Below are positions 11,046 through 24,013 of a DNA stretch of 64,000 nucleotides, piece after piece. This stretch comes from Flectonema sp. DT1601. Its lineage: Eukaryota. The stretch lies in assembly GCA_964019425.1 (NCBI GenBank), contig OZ025800.1, positions 372,001 to 436,000 of the forward strand, given 5' to 3'. The translations under genes were made by a program, and so were the position numbers. The notes below the pieces were generated by a model. That model had not been told where the DNA came from. It did not search any database and saw nothing but the letters and a program-made list of their open reading frames with translations. Within the stretch, counting starts at the first letter, position 1. Every line of letters begins with the position of its first letter.

Positions 11046-14000
11046 TATTTCAATTTTATGAGACTTCCTCCATAAAACACAACTGGTGAGCATACAGATA
11101 TAACAAATCTATCCCTAAAGACCCAATTTATGACAAAACTGAGGTACAGTAGATTACCAACTGTACAGTAGCCGAATTGTTTATTACTGTCGTCGATGTA
11201 AGGGAGGAACCAGAAGCAACATACGAGCGTATGGAAAAAAAAATACAAAAATATAACAATCATAATAAAAATAACTTGAGCCATCTTCGAACACTCGAGA
11301 AGACAAGAGAATGTTTTTTTTTATTTTTTTTATTCTACTGAAAAAAAATTCGGCGAATTTTTTTTATCTCTGTGCCTACTATTTTTTTTTTTAATTTTTT
11401 TTTTTTGAAAAACAGAGTTTTATCAGACCCTGAATCATGTGCTATAAAGATTGAAATACAATGCAAGGGGTGTCCAATAAAATACACCAGCACTTCCAGA
11501 TTTGGGTTCTTAACCTGATCTTCCTGTGGGAGGTCTGCATAGAAAGGTAAAGTCACATAAATAAGCAAGAAGAACAACTAGTCTGCTGGAAGAAGAAGGG
11601 GGAAAAAGGAAGAAAAAAAAAAAAAAAAAAAAAAAAAAGCAATACGCGTCAAACATAAATAATAGGCAAGCAATCTTGTTTCCAAAATTACCATATTTAA
11701 AATTAAAAAAAAAAGGGGGAAAAAAAAAAAAAAAAGCGAGTCGAAAATCTGAGTGCCCAAAGAATAGCGCACTTCAGGGTTGGCACAAATGCTTATTTTT
11801 TTTCTTCTTTTTTTCCTCTATTAAACTACATGCCAGGTTGACAACCTGTTTTTATCAACACACGAATGAACCACAACCAGAGGGGAAAAAAAAAAAGATT
11901 GCTGTCAAGACCCAATAAATGGGAAATAAACAGCACACCGCAAATATAAATTGTAGTATAAATTTTTTCTGGCTGTGGCCAAGCCGGGTACATGAGTCAA
12001 CCTGAAACACGAATGAAAAGAAGAATAAAAAAAAAAAAAAATAATAAAAATATTTTAAAAAAAACCGAACTGAGGGGGGCATGAACTGATGCTCAAGCTA
12101 ACGCCTAAGCTTATAGGAAAAACCACCCGGAGAAAAAAATACGTGGATGCCTCTCTCTTAAATACTTCGTGTGAATCAGCATCCCTGCTGAGGGAACTCA
12201 ACGGTTTTAATGAATAAAAAAAAACAAAACTACCAAAAGATTATCAACAAAAGGTCACAGAGTGTGATCTAATTGACTATATGTAAATAAACTTTCATCG
12301 CTTCGAATGGCAACATGATTTCTTAAATATTAAACCTGCAGCTGCTTATATTCCTGAAGGACTTTTTTCCCAAGAGGGCAAAAAAAACAAAAAGGGATAT
12401 AAAGACGTAAACGAAATGGAAACCTTTTTTTATATTTAAAAAAAAAAAAAAAAAAAATGAACAAAGTCAGGAGTAACAAAGTAAAAAAAAAAAACCAGCG
12501 CTTTTTTAAAAAAAAAAAAAAAAGGAAAAGAAAAAATAGTTTTGAAAAAATGATGAGGGAGAAGGTACCTCAATCATCAACATTTTTTTTTCTTCTTTTC
12601 CCTTCATTCTTTGGAAAGAGATATCAAATAAGATCCCGCATGGGATATTAAGATGGAACAGATCTACGCACATAATACATTATTGTGTGTATTTACCGCA
12701 TTCAATAAAGTACAGCAAAACCCTGCACGAGACACACTTCCAGTGTACCGAACAGCGAGAAGATTCTATTCGTTACCACAGAAGATTAGTTGTCCACAAG
12801 CGGGCTTACACAATAAAATATCTCCAGACGGTGATCAGTTTACTAAGACAGATATAGTATATGGAAGGAGGGATTAGTGAGAAGCAAAAACAAAAACAAA
12901 ATGTTGTGAAAGAAATTTCCATAAAATGAACTAAAAGGTACACAACACAGTTCAGCGAGTACAGAGAGAGCAGAAGTGCACTAATATAGTTAAGAATTCG
13001 AAAGGAGCATCTCAAGTGCAAGTAAGAAGGGGGGAAAAAAAAAAAAAATCAAAATCAAAATCTAATTCCCCTTGGTGTGAAAACAATAAACTTTAAAAAA
13101 AAATTCAAAAACAAAAACAAAAAAAAAAAAAAAGGCTACAGGACTCATTGCAGAAAGAAAAATAAATAAGTAAACGGGGATGGCGGATGAAGAAAAAGAA
13201 AACCAAATAATAAACATGTGTTTAGGTATTGACTTTGCTCGTAAGCAGCCTCCAGAAATGATGGCATCAATGTAAAACATTAGGATGAACTTAAAAAACG
13301 ACTTTAGTGTATTAGCATGGAATAACTCTCATTCAAAACGAACAACTGATTTCCGCGAAGTCTCACACTACGGCACGATACGATGCATGAATCCTTTCTC
13401 TTCCTCAAAGAGTTACGGGAAATACTTCGGTGAACCGTATGTGGGTTTTATTTCTTGCGAGACCGTTTCTTATAGGAATTCTTGTTGCTGTCTTTTGGAA
13501 TCCTCTACTTATCCCATAAATGAAAAGAATTTGTGGAGAGGGAAGGGGTGTGATAAGGGAGCTGTCATTTTTTTTTTTTTCCAGACGTTTTTTTTTTGTT
13601 TTTTTCTTTTGTTGTTATTTTTTTTTTTCCAGAGACACGGCATCGTCTCATTTCACAATAATTATTTCCTCCAACCTTTTCTTCTCGATTAGTAGTAAAT
13701 GTAAGTACCCTAAAACAGCAGCAGAATAAATCAAGAGAACCAAGACGGGAGGGCACCAGGAACGCGGGGGAGGGTGAAAAGAAACAGGGATTGGAGGGGA
13801 AGAGAAAAAGAAAAAGCAATAGTTATGACTTAGTGAAGCATGAGGCGCGCTTCTCAGGACAAACAGTAAAATATAGGAAGCTAAGGGACAACAGGTTAAG
13901 AGGCAAAAAATATTAAAAAATAAATAATAAATATAAATAAAAGGTTAACAAAAGGATCGTTATTTAGAAAGGGAACGAGCAACTGTTTTCATTCAACGTA

Positions 14001-14875
14001 TAACAGGTAGCAGCTACTCAAGTACTGTTAACATTTCTTTTTATTATATCGTGGGTGGCCACAGGAAAAGAACTTTTTTTTTCCCCTTAAGGGAGACTCA
14101 TCCCATTATAAAGACAAACAAAAAAAGAAGAAGAAAAAAAAAAAAAAATTTACTTGACGAATGCAAAGATCTATCAGAAGAAAAAAAAAAGAAAAAAAAA
14201 ATTTAAAAAAAAATAACCGAAAAAAAAAATTATGAAATTCAGGTTCTTTTTTTTTTTTTTTTTTTTTCTCTTCTTTGTTCGCTACATCATTAGATACCAG
14301 AGATATCCAACGGTTCACTAACTACGAGGAGAAACCCCTTAGAAAAACAAACTATGAAAATTCGATGGGCAACATCATTTGCGACGATTATTTCATATCG
14401 CATCTACACTAGGGTGATTAACATCAAGGAAAGAAGGAACGGCTTGTAAACAACTCAGCATCGTAACAGGCTGACATGAAAAGTTATATCACCGAAATAC
14501 ATTAACGTATTGGAGAATGCTCCTTTCCTTGCTTTACAACACTGTGTCGCATCAGAGCAGGAGAAAAAAAGAATTTTAATTCTCATCATCAAATTTCCTT
14601 TTTGAAAAGGGAGGAGGGAATAATAACACACGTGATTGCAGAACTAGAATTGAAGCACCTTCCCCACTGCTCAGCTACACAGAACGCATGTGAAAAAAAT
14701 AGGTGACAGGTCTCTTACAAATTAAGATGCGAAGTAATCAGCAAGCGGGAAAAAAAAAAAAAAAAAACTTTTCCCGTAGTAAAAACTGCTGTTGAAAGAA
14801 AAAAAAAATTGTTTGGTTCACAATTGCCACGCCTAGCGATTGACAAAGGAAAGGGTTTTAGAGCTAATTGAAACA

Positions 14876-14911
<36 letters not shown>

Positions 14912-16016
14912 CCTTCCCACCCAGTTGGGTGAAAAACAGATTCTCAAATGCAGCTGGGGGTATCACTATGAGTGTTTTCCTTGCTTCAATAGTATACGAA
15001 AGTTTCCCGCGGGCCTAGTCAGCTCCGACTATAAGAAAACTTAACGCTACGTGTTCCCCCACAAAGTTGCTTCTCAGTGAGTAGATAGATACTGCAGCAG
15101 ACCGTCAACAAATTGCTCGGCCAATGAAGTTTCGAGTTAAAAAAAAAGAAGTATCTTGCACTTTGGATTACTAAAGAAAACATCAGTGAACAGAAATAAA
15201 TACGAGATAACCGATACCATACCATCCTTTTCTTTTTTTCGTTTTATTTTTTTTTTTTGGGACAAATCAGATGCTCATTTTCTCTAAGTCACTTTTCGCT
15301 CAAGGTGTTATTCCTGTTGCTCGTCTAAAAAAAAAAAAAAACATAAATAAATAAATAAAAACAGCTTCTCAGAACGATCGCTCATGGCTGTGATATTAAA
15401 AAAAAAAAAAGATATAAAAAGTTTAAAAAAGTTAGTTGGTTGAAAGGGGGAAAAAAAAAAGGGGGGGTAAATTGCGATGCGCACAGGTCGTGTCACTGTG
15501 CAGCTCTTTAGGGTTTGCTTCCTGTCGAGATACTGCTAAGGTTGTTTTTTTATAATTGAACGGCAGCGCTATACATAACAAGATGGTTAAGGAGAACGGA
15601 TCTGAGATGAAATCCTGCACAACTGCAGAGAACGATGAGACTTGTTACCTTGTTACCGATAGTATTAAGTCGCTCCTCGATATTCTTCTTAGTATAATAC
15701 AGCTGTGACTCACCACGTTGTTGTGATGTGCTAGGAAGCGAACAAGAACAAATATCTTTTTCAGTAACCAACAATGCCGACGGCTTCCGACATCCACAAG
15801 CAGTTTCCACGAGACAACTCAAATTTTCGTGCTGCTAGAGTTGATTGTTGGTTGTTGTGTTTTTTCTGTAGGTAACAATCATTCCCCAAGAAACCATTGG
15901 CGACATATTGTTTCACCGATAATCTTTCTGCATTATAACGTGATTATTCCTTTTTTTCTTATTCTTCGGGCCCCTCCCCTTTTTTTTTTTTTTTTTTTTC
16001 GTTCTTAAAAAACAAC

Positions 16017-16049
<33 letters not shown>

Positions 16050-18289
16050 AAACGGGGAAAATTGATGCTGCAACATCAAGGGGTGAAACTTTTACAATGT
16101 AAAAAGCAAAATTAATATCAAGTACTTGACTGAAAAATATTTGTAGTTGTTAATCAAAGAAAGCTCAAAGGGGGAAAAAAAGAAAATCACCGAACATATT
16201 CCCGAAGCGTGTGATTGTTGAAAGACTAAAAAAAAGCTATGTCAAAGAGAGGGAGCAGAAAAGGAAAAAATTGGACAGCCCCAATGAAGGAGCCTAATAG
16301 CAGGGCTCCATTACCACCATCAATAGAGCACAAGTATTTGATACAACGGGTTGTAATCTTCAATAATGATAACTACCAGTACGATGTAACTCATTCCGCT
16401 ACGTATTTGCTCGCTATAATCGACTTTCCTGGAAATGGCTGATGTTGTTGTGTGTACAGATGATAAAAGTAAACTCAGAAAAATGAAAGAGGAAAAAGAA
16501 GGAAAAAAAAGATTGTTTTTCTTTTTTTTTTTTCTTCTCCTCCCATTTTTGAGAAGGTTGCTTTTTAACCTCCTAATTTTGCACACTTTTTGTGAATAAA
16601 AAGGTTTTCTTTCTATTTTTCTCCCCCCGTTCACCTGAGCATAAGAAAATTTTACAACGAGCTACCTACCCAGAGAGGGATCTCAGAACAGAATAGCAAG
16701 CAAATTATTGTTTAAATTTTTTTGTTTTTTGTTTTTGTTTTCCACGGACATTCTGTGTGCCACGTGTTTTGTGTGTACTTGCTGAGTGAGCGTAATAAAT
16801 CAATTAACGATTTTGTTGACGAATTTAATAACTAAATTCGTCTCCCACGAGGTATTAACAACTGGGCTGGAGATATATACCAATGAAAGTATGAAGACAC
16901 GGGAGAGTTCCCCGATAAAAATTAAAAATAACCTTTACTAGTTATAACCGCTTGATGTGACAAATACAATTAATCCAACACACTCGATTATTAACCATAT
17001 CAAGGAAACCGCAAGTAACAGGCGATTCAAACTCTCAGTACAACCGACTAAGGCAACACCAGTTGACTCGCCTACGAGTAGAAATCGTGTTTGAAAACGA
17101 AAGAAACATATGTCAGGAATTTGGAGGGAGAATAAAAAAAAGTTTTTTTTTTTTTTTTCAAAAAAGAAATAAGAAGAGAAAAAAGGGGAGGGGAAATAGG
17201 ACAAGTACTCTTTTTTTTTTCCTTCGGTCAAGAGTCTTACAAGCAATTGTTTCTTTAAAACGAAATCTTAAGCAAGGGAACTAAACTACATCCTTGTAAC
17301 CACTACTTAAAGTTAGTAGCCCAAAGCAACTACTGTGTGCTTCTCAGACCCTTCCATGAAGTTAGGCGAAGCAATAAAAGGGAACAACGAAAGTCGAATG
17401 GAAAATACAACAAAAATCAAAATATATTTTATTTCTTAAAAAAGATGGGACTCCCATATTCTATTTTCTTTTCCCTTTTTTTCTTTTTCCCCCTTCCTCG
17501 GAAGGGAGAATATCGAAGGTCGGGGGGTTGGTGTAGCTTTTCACAGCACAGTCAACGAGAGACATCCAACGACTGCCATGAAGGGAGAGACAAGAAACGG
17601 TAGCTTGACAGTACAGCCTTCCCACCTTAGTACACAAGAAACTTAGAGGCATGCTGTGGTCGCGCGTATCCGGGCCGCACGATGCCTTTTCGGAGTTGAA
17701 GAATCACATCACACATACAGAATGGGTAAAATGCCGCACCAGTGCGTACCTGAGAAAAAAAGTAACATCCCAGTAGGACGTCGTATTTATTAGGGCCGAA
17801 GAGGAAAGGAGAGCCCAAATTGGTCCCACTTTTTGCTTTCGTTGTCTTCAGTTAATCTTTTTTTTTTTTTTTTTTTAAATTTATTTCTTATTCGTCTCAT
17901 AATGCCACTAGCAAAACGGGGATATAAAGGATAACAAAAAAAAAAAAAAAAATGAAACAAATATAAAAAAAATAAATAATGGAGGGTAGCAGCACGCCTT
18001 CGCCAACCCTCACAAGCTCTCTACAAAGAAAATAAATGAGTGAGAACTGATAAGGCAAAGGGGAATGTAAAAAGAATACACCTTTTTTTTTCTTCTTTTT
18101 TTAAATGAATTTGCTTCGGACCTTAGGAAATAGATAGAGGATATAAGTCGGGGTAGTAGAGATAGATTGTAATGTACCCTGCGAAAAATAGTGCTTTTCT
18201 GCTCATTCACATAATAAACGAGGGTGACCAGAATAGCTAATCCACTACGGATAAATGCTCTTGGGGAAAGTTCCCCGGTTTTTTTAAAG

Positions 18290-18323
<34 letters not shown>

Positions 18324-20310
18324 TCAATTACTTCTGTCAGAAAATTCCTTTTTCGTTTCCTCTGTGGGAAGAAATGACGGTACTTCCCCCTACATTCTCC
18401 ATTCTTATTTATAACGCTTCAAATTTGCTGTAGAAAGACGATGTCAGGGTTCACGCAGTTGACTTATACTTTATAATAGTAATTGGCTTTCGTGGATATG
18501 CAATTATTGAGCAGCAATCGCTTGGGAAATGATGGCGAATTCTTGTCTCTACGCCACCCGATAGGAAAAAATCATTTTCACGATTTTCCCACACAGAGGA
18601 CGTCAGAGAACCTGTGCCTTGTGCAACACCAACGAAACCGGGAAACCCAAGGAGGAAAAAACAAAAAAACAAGACAATGAGAAATTATATATCAGTCATT
18701 CCTTGGTTGGTCACCTGGCGGCGATCGCAAAGTGTCCGAAAAAATCGAACTACAGGTGTTTTTTTTGACGAAACGTGAAGGAAATCTAACATTCTTCGGA
18801 CTGCGAATAATCCGCTAAGCGGAAACAGTTATGTTGCCAAAGTGAATGCAGTCGGTTTGTACTGGCTGCACAAAACATGATTTTTTGCGTTTTTTCCGGC
18901 GGTCAATCAAAGAATAACTAGTACCATTTCAAACAGGACGTTCCAAATAGCATAATTTTTCGTTTTAAAAAAATATTATATAGGGTGAAATGTCTACCAC
19001 TCTGAAGTACGCTGTTAAACAGGTATTACTTGCGACTATCTTGAACGCCTGCGTAAACTCCGCTTCATGGGAGTGCAAACAATCCAACAGCAAAAACAAG
19101 GTTTGCCAAAAAAAAAGAAGTCGCGAAGAAAAAAAAAGAGAAAAAAAAAAAAGAGATGTATAAAAGTAACCACCACGTTTATAACACCTTAAACCAACTT
19201 CAGAACATGTCTTCGAGAAAAGGTCTCGGAAACAAAGGAAAACATTTTAGGAAAGAAGGCAAACAATATAACATCCGCAGCTAAGATATGGTCCGCAGAA
19301 AGTGCAGGGTCTCACAGACACAAAATCAGAACTACTTCTGTCGCTGCATAATGCCAGTCGGAAAGGAAAAAAAAAAAAAAATTAAAAGAATCGAGAACGA
19401 AGGGGAAGCATAGAATCCATAAGTAGTAAAGCAGACACACAAAAATGCGTTAACTTAGACAAAAAATAGCCTCATTCAGAGTGTCACAACGCGAACAAGT
19501 GACAGTGAGTGGGGACAAGGTGGGGGAAGGGGAACCGGGTATTTTTGGTTGTCTACCGGATGGGGAAATTCTTTAGAAATAATAATAAAAAAACATATGT
19601 AAAGAATAAATATTTTAAAAAAAAAAAATAATAATAAGGGAATGGGAAGAAAAAAAGGAAAAAAAAATACACAATTAACCATTAAAACGCTTCTGAATTT
19701 GAGCCGCAGCTATTTAATTTTTTTTTTTTTTTTTTTTACATTCAATCTCCCCCTCCCGCATGCCACTCATCCTTTTAAGTGTTTTACAAAAGAACGTAAG
19801 ACGCTAAAATATCACGTGATGCATCTAGCTTGGAATATGAAAGAAGGAAATCAAGCTGCTGGGGGAGGGGTGCAAACAAAAGCCATCCGCGCTCAGCAAT
19901 ATATTTAAAAAGGGAGTTTGAGGGGTGAGGAAAAATCAAGGTGGGAAAGCAAATGAAGGGGGTGGGGAAATGATGATATAACGAAAAATAGCTGCCTTAG
20001 GTATGTCTTCTCCCGAACTTTAAAGAAAATTGGAATAAATAAAAAATACCCGCACTTCTTTTGAGAGGATAAATATATTTAATCGTCTGCACTCGCTTGA
20101 ATTCAAGAAAAAGATCCACGTTTACGGGAGGAGTGTGAATGACGAGAAAAGAGACGAGAAGAGAATGACTAATTTTTTTTTTTTTTCTTCCTTATCTTTA
20201 CTTGTGTTGGTAGGGTGCTCCGAGACTGTTCTCTCCAGAGCAACAGAAGGAAATTTAAAAGCCAAAAAAAAACTGAGAACAAAAAAAAAAAAAAGAATTC
20301 GGGATTAACC

Positions 20311-21249
20311 CTATGCCGAAGTACCAAGCTTGGTAATGTCCAGTTCGGTTCTGGCTTGGGATGCTTTTAGCACAGAGCCTTCCCATTCGCTTCCATTGTA
20401 GCGCTTTATCGCTTCGGATGCCACTTCAGGAGTACGGAAGAGGATAAATGCGAATGGTGGCTTTCCATCTTTTTGAGAAAACCGCATGGCTTCGACCTGC
20501 TGTGGGAAGAGAGCTTCAAATTGTGCTTCCAAAGTCTCCTTAGTGCAAGAGTGGGGAAGGCGACTGAGGTGTACAGTACGAGAAGCAGGGGCATATCCAG
20601 GTTGCACAACATCACCTGGTTCGGTATTCTCAGCTGTAATGTTGAATTCTGTATTAGCAAAGGAAGCATGGATAGCTGAGGAAACACCCTCATGGTTCCA
20701 CACGTACCCCTCAAGTCTCTCCATTGCAGTTTTAGCTTGCATGTGATCTTGGAACCCAACAAATGCAAAGGCTGGTTTATTTCTCATCTGTGGAGTGTAT
20801 CTAAGACCTACCACTTGGTCTGCAAAGTTTGCCACCACAAGAGCTTTAAACAGATCTTTTCCAACTGTCGCTGGAAGTGACGTAACAAAAAGTGTTTTTG
20901 GCTGTCTTGCTAAAACTTCCATTTTTCTGATTTCAGCACTTCCCGCTGGGGAGCACTGTGCGGTAAACCAGTCTGGAGTGTTTCTCTTTGATAGTTCGAT
21001 CTTCAACTTGATTGGGTCACTTGGGTCCCACTGGAACCCATTTACTGCGTTCTTTGCGTTCTCAGCATCCAGTTGAGTGTTGTAGTTTACGAATCCGTAT
21101 GGACGTTTTCCATTCTCCTTTCTGACAATCATACTCTTGTCATAACCCTTAGTAATACCAAACACTAAATACAACTCTCTGTCTGTTGCGTCGTAAGGCA
21201 ACCCAGCTACGAATAGTGTTTTAATCGCAGCTTCAGATTGGTCTGTCAT
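20311..21249 (-). CDS. RNA-binding protein with three RRM domains (first RRM RBPMS/couch-potato-like)
   Basis: RNP2/RNP1 pairs TLFVAGLP/YGFVNY, TLFVTSLP/FAFVGF, TVHLSRLP/FAFILF. Start placed at MTDQSE (21249) because the longer ORF runs into the array spacer. Confidence 0.88.
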   Translation of the reverse strand: MTDQSEAAIKTLFVAGLPYDATDRELYLVFGITKGYDKSMIVRKENGKRPYGFVNYNTQLDAENAKNAVNGFQWDPSDPIKLKIELSKRNTPDWFTAQCSPAGSAEIRKMEVLARQPKTLFVTSLPATVGKDLFKALVVANFADQVVGLRYTPQMRNKPAFAFVGFQDHMQAKTAMERLEGYVWNHEGVSSAIHASFANTEFNITAENTEPGDVVQPGYAPASRTVHLSRLPHSCTKETLEAQFEALFPQQVEAMRFSQKDGKPPFAFILFRTPEVASEAIKRYNGSEWEGSVLKASQARTELDITKLGTSA

Positions 21250-21811
21250 TTTGTGTGTTGGGAAAGGAAATCTAGGGGGGAAGATAACAAGATATATTAT
21301 TACTATTGAAATAATATTAACGTACACAACAGCCATCAAATGCATCAACGTTTGCAGTACAAACAATGCAGCCATTTTACCTTGTACACTCACCACACAT
21401 TTGTATGTCTTTGAGAAATAAATAAAACATAAAAAGAAGACACTGCTAACACAACTCTTCATACGTCGTCAACACATCGTGTATTGATTTCACAATATGG
21501 GCAACTTTGAAAGACCGAGTGAAGGGAAAACCAACTTCCAAAGGCAATCACTTCACTCAAGGAAATATTAAAAAATGGAGAGGAAGAATTAAAATAGAAA
21601 ACAGCAAATAGATTACTGAATCAAATTGCTATCAAATTATCTGCTGGATGTGAACCATCGAGGCCGACTAGTCAGCCTTCAGAAGGATCACTCAATTGTA
21701 TAAAAAGAGGAAAATAATTTAAACGGCTTCGACAAGATATCTGTATCGCATACTTGGCACTTCCAAGTAGTGAAATCCCATCGCACTAAGTCACTGAGTA
21801 GTGGAATCTAA

Positions 21812-22543
21812 TCACGCTATGACATCAAAATTTATCCAACGAGGAGCAGGAAGGCAGTGACGAGGGCACATTCTCGCATCAGGTCCCTGTGGTCTGGGGT
21901 TGCTTGTCTTTGGGCAAAAGTGTACTCTCACACACTTACCGTCATCAGAGGTGCAAACATTTGGCTCCTCGCAGTGGTGCGGTCCGCGGTGTTTGCAAAC
22001 ATCTTCTTCTTGAGCTCCGAAGATGGCGATGTACTTCGCGTCATTCTCAAGTTCTGGAAGCAACACGTGCTCCCCAGCCTCAACACGAATTCGGAACGCA
22101 ACCATCGGCTGAACGAACTTCTCAAACATGTCCGGAACAATAAATCCTGGAGCACAAGAACCTCCCTGGTGACCCTGAGCAGTCAGAGCTGATGCCAATC
22201 CTCCGTTGACAGGACCTGAGCATCCCGGGCAGTGGTACACATTCACAAAGAAGTCACATCCGATGTGATCAGAGTTTTCATTGCATCTCAATTTGAGTAC
22301 ACTCCCCCTCGGAGTGACTTCATGAACTGGGAAGTAGTATTGGTTTAACATCACTGATGGAATGTTAATCAGTTCTTCATTATCATTTCCAAAAGGAATT
22401 CTCAAATCATTACTATCTTTCATAACACGTTGTACTCTAACTGTTGAATAATGTCTTCTTAGGATGTGAACTTCTGGACCGCTGATGGCTGCACCGTTGA
22501 CAGTGGCTGCCAACATAAATAGAATTGCTGCGAATGCCTTCAT
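21812..22543 (-). CDS. Secreted Cys-rich protein of unknown function, copy 1
   Basis: Signal peptide MKAFAAILFMLAATVNG; many Cys; intact in all five copies. Confidence 0.88.
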   Translation of the reverse strand: MKAFAAILFMLAATVNGAAISGPEVHILRRHYSTVRVQRVMKDSNDLRIPFGNDNEELINIPSVMLNQYYFPVHEVTPRGSVLKLRCNENSDHIGCDFFVNVYHCPGCSGPVNGGLASALTAQGHQGGSCAPGFIVPDMFEKFVQPMVAFRIRVEAGEHVLLPELENDAKYIAIFGAQEEDVCKHRGPHHCEEPNVCTSDDGKCVRVHFCPKTSNPRPQGPDARMCPRHCLPAPRWINFDVIA

Positions 22544-23175
22544 AATTAATTAAGTTTGAGGTTGAGAAATTAACCTGTATTGGGGAGATAGGATGACACA
22601 ACACGACACATGCACTGCAATCAATGTATTTCTTTTTTTTTATTATTAAGTTACTTTTGCATCACTCGTTTTTCATACAGCTCCCACTCAATCATCAATC
22701 AAATGCATCAACGTCTGCAGTACAAACAATGCAGCCATTTTACCTTGTACACTCACAACACATTTGTATGTCTTTGAGAAATAAATAAAACATAAAAAGA
22801 AGACACTGCCAACACAACTCTTCATACGTCGTCAACACATCGTGTATTGATTTCACAATATGGGCAACTTTGAAAGACCGAGTGAAGGGAAAACCAACTT
22901 CCAAAGGCAATCACTTCACTCAAGGAAATATTAAAAAATGGAGAGGAAGAATTAAAATAGAAAACAAGCAAATAGATTACTGAATCAAATTGCTATCAAA
23001 TTATCTGCTGGATGTGAACCATCGAGGCCGACTAGTCAGCCTTCAGAAGGATCACTCAATTGTATAAAAAGAGGAAAATAATTTAAACGGCTTCGACAAG
23101 ATATCTGTATCGCATACTTGGCACTTCCAAGTAGTGAAATCCCATCGCACTAAGTCACTGAGTAGTGGAATCTAA

Positions 23176-23907
23176 TCACGCTATGACATCAAAATTTATC
23201 CAACGAGGAGCAGGAAGGCAGTGACGAGGGCACATTCTCGCATCAGGTCCCTGTGGTCTGGGGTTGCTTGTCTTTGGGCAAAAGTGTACTCTCACACACT
23301 TACCGTCATCAGAGGTGCAAACATTTGGCTCCTCGCAGTGGTGCGGTCCGCGGTGTTTGCAAACATCTTCTTCTTGAGCTCCGAAGATGGCGATGTACTT
23401 CGCGTCATTCTCAAGTTCTGGAAGTAACACGTGCTCCCCAGCCTCAACACGAATTCGGAACGCAACCATCGGCTGAACGAACTTCTCAAACATGTCCGGA
23501 ACAATAAACCCTGGAGCACAAGAACCTCCCTGGTGACCCTGAGCAGTCAGAGCTGATGCCAATCCTCCGTTGACAGGACCTGAGCATCCCGGGCAGTGGT
23601 ACACATTCACAAAGAAGTCACATCCGATGTGATCAGAGTTTTCATTGCATCTCAATTTGAGTACACTCCCCCTCGGAATGACTTCATGAACTGGGAAGTA
23701 GTATTGGTTTAACATCACTGATGGAATGTTAATCAGTTCTTCATTATCATTTCCAAAAGGAATTCTCAAATCATTACTATCTTTCATAACACGTTGTACT
23801 CTAACTGTTGAATAATGTCTTCTTAGGATGTGAACTTCTGGACCGCTGATGGCTGCACCGTTGACAGTGGCTGCCAACATAAATAGAATTGCTGCGAATG
23901 CCTTCAT
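23176..23907 (-). CDS. Secreted Cys-rich protein, copy 2 (T>I variant)
   Basis: Near-identical to copy 1. Confidence 0.88.
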   Translation of the reverse strand: MKAFAAILFMLAATVNGAAISGPEVHILRRHYSTVRVQRVMKDSNDLRIPFGNDNEELINIPSVMLNQYYFPVHEVIPRGSVLKLRCNENSDHIGCDFFVNVYHCPGCSGPVNGGLASALTAQGHQGGSCAPGFIVPDMFEKFVQPMVAFRIRVEAGEHVLLPELENDAKYIAIFGAQEEDVCKHRGPHHCEEPNVCTSDDGKCVRVHFCPKTSNPRPQGPDARMCPRHCLPAPRWINFDVIA

Positions 23908-24013
23908 AATTAATTAAGTTGAGGTTGAGAAATTAACCTGTATTGGGGAGATAGGATGACACAACACGACACATGCACTGCAATCAATGTATTTCTTTTT
24001 TTTATTTTATTAA

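Noticed and set aside
12703..12715. CTGTACTTTATTG (minus strand), matching the 3' end of euglenozoan spliced leaders; also CAGTTTCTGTA at ~57033-57043
   Set aside because: Only 11-13 nt in AT-rich DNA, with no remaining SL exon or SL RNA gene context; compatible with chance
21250..21462. 71-aa N-terminal extension of the RRM ORF
   Set aside because: Largely a copy of the non-coding array spacer
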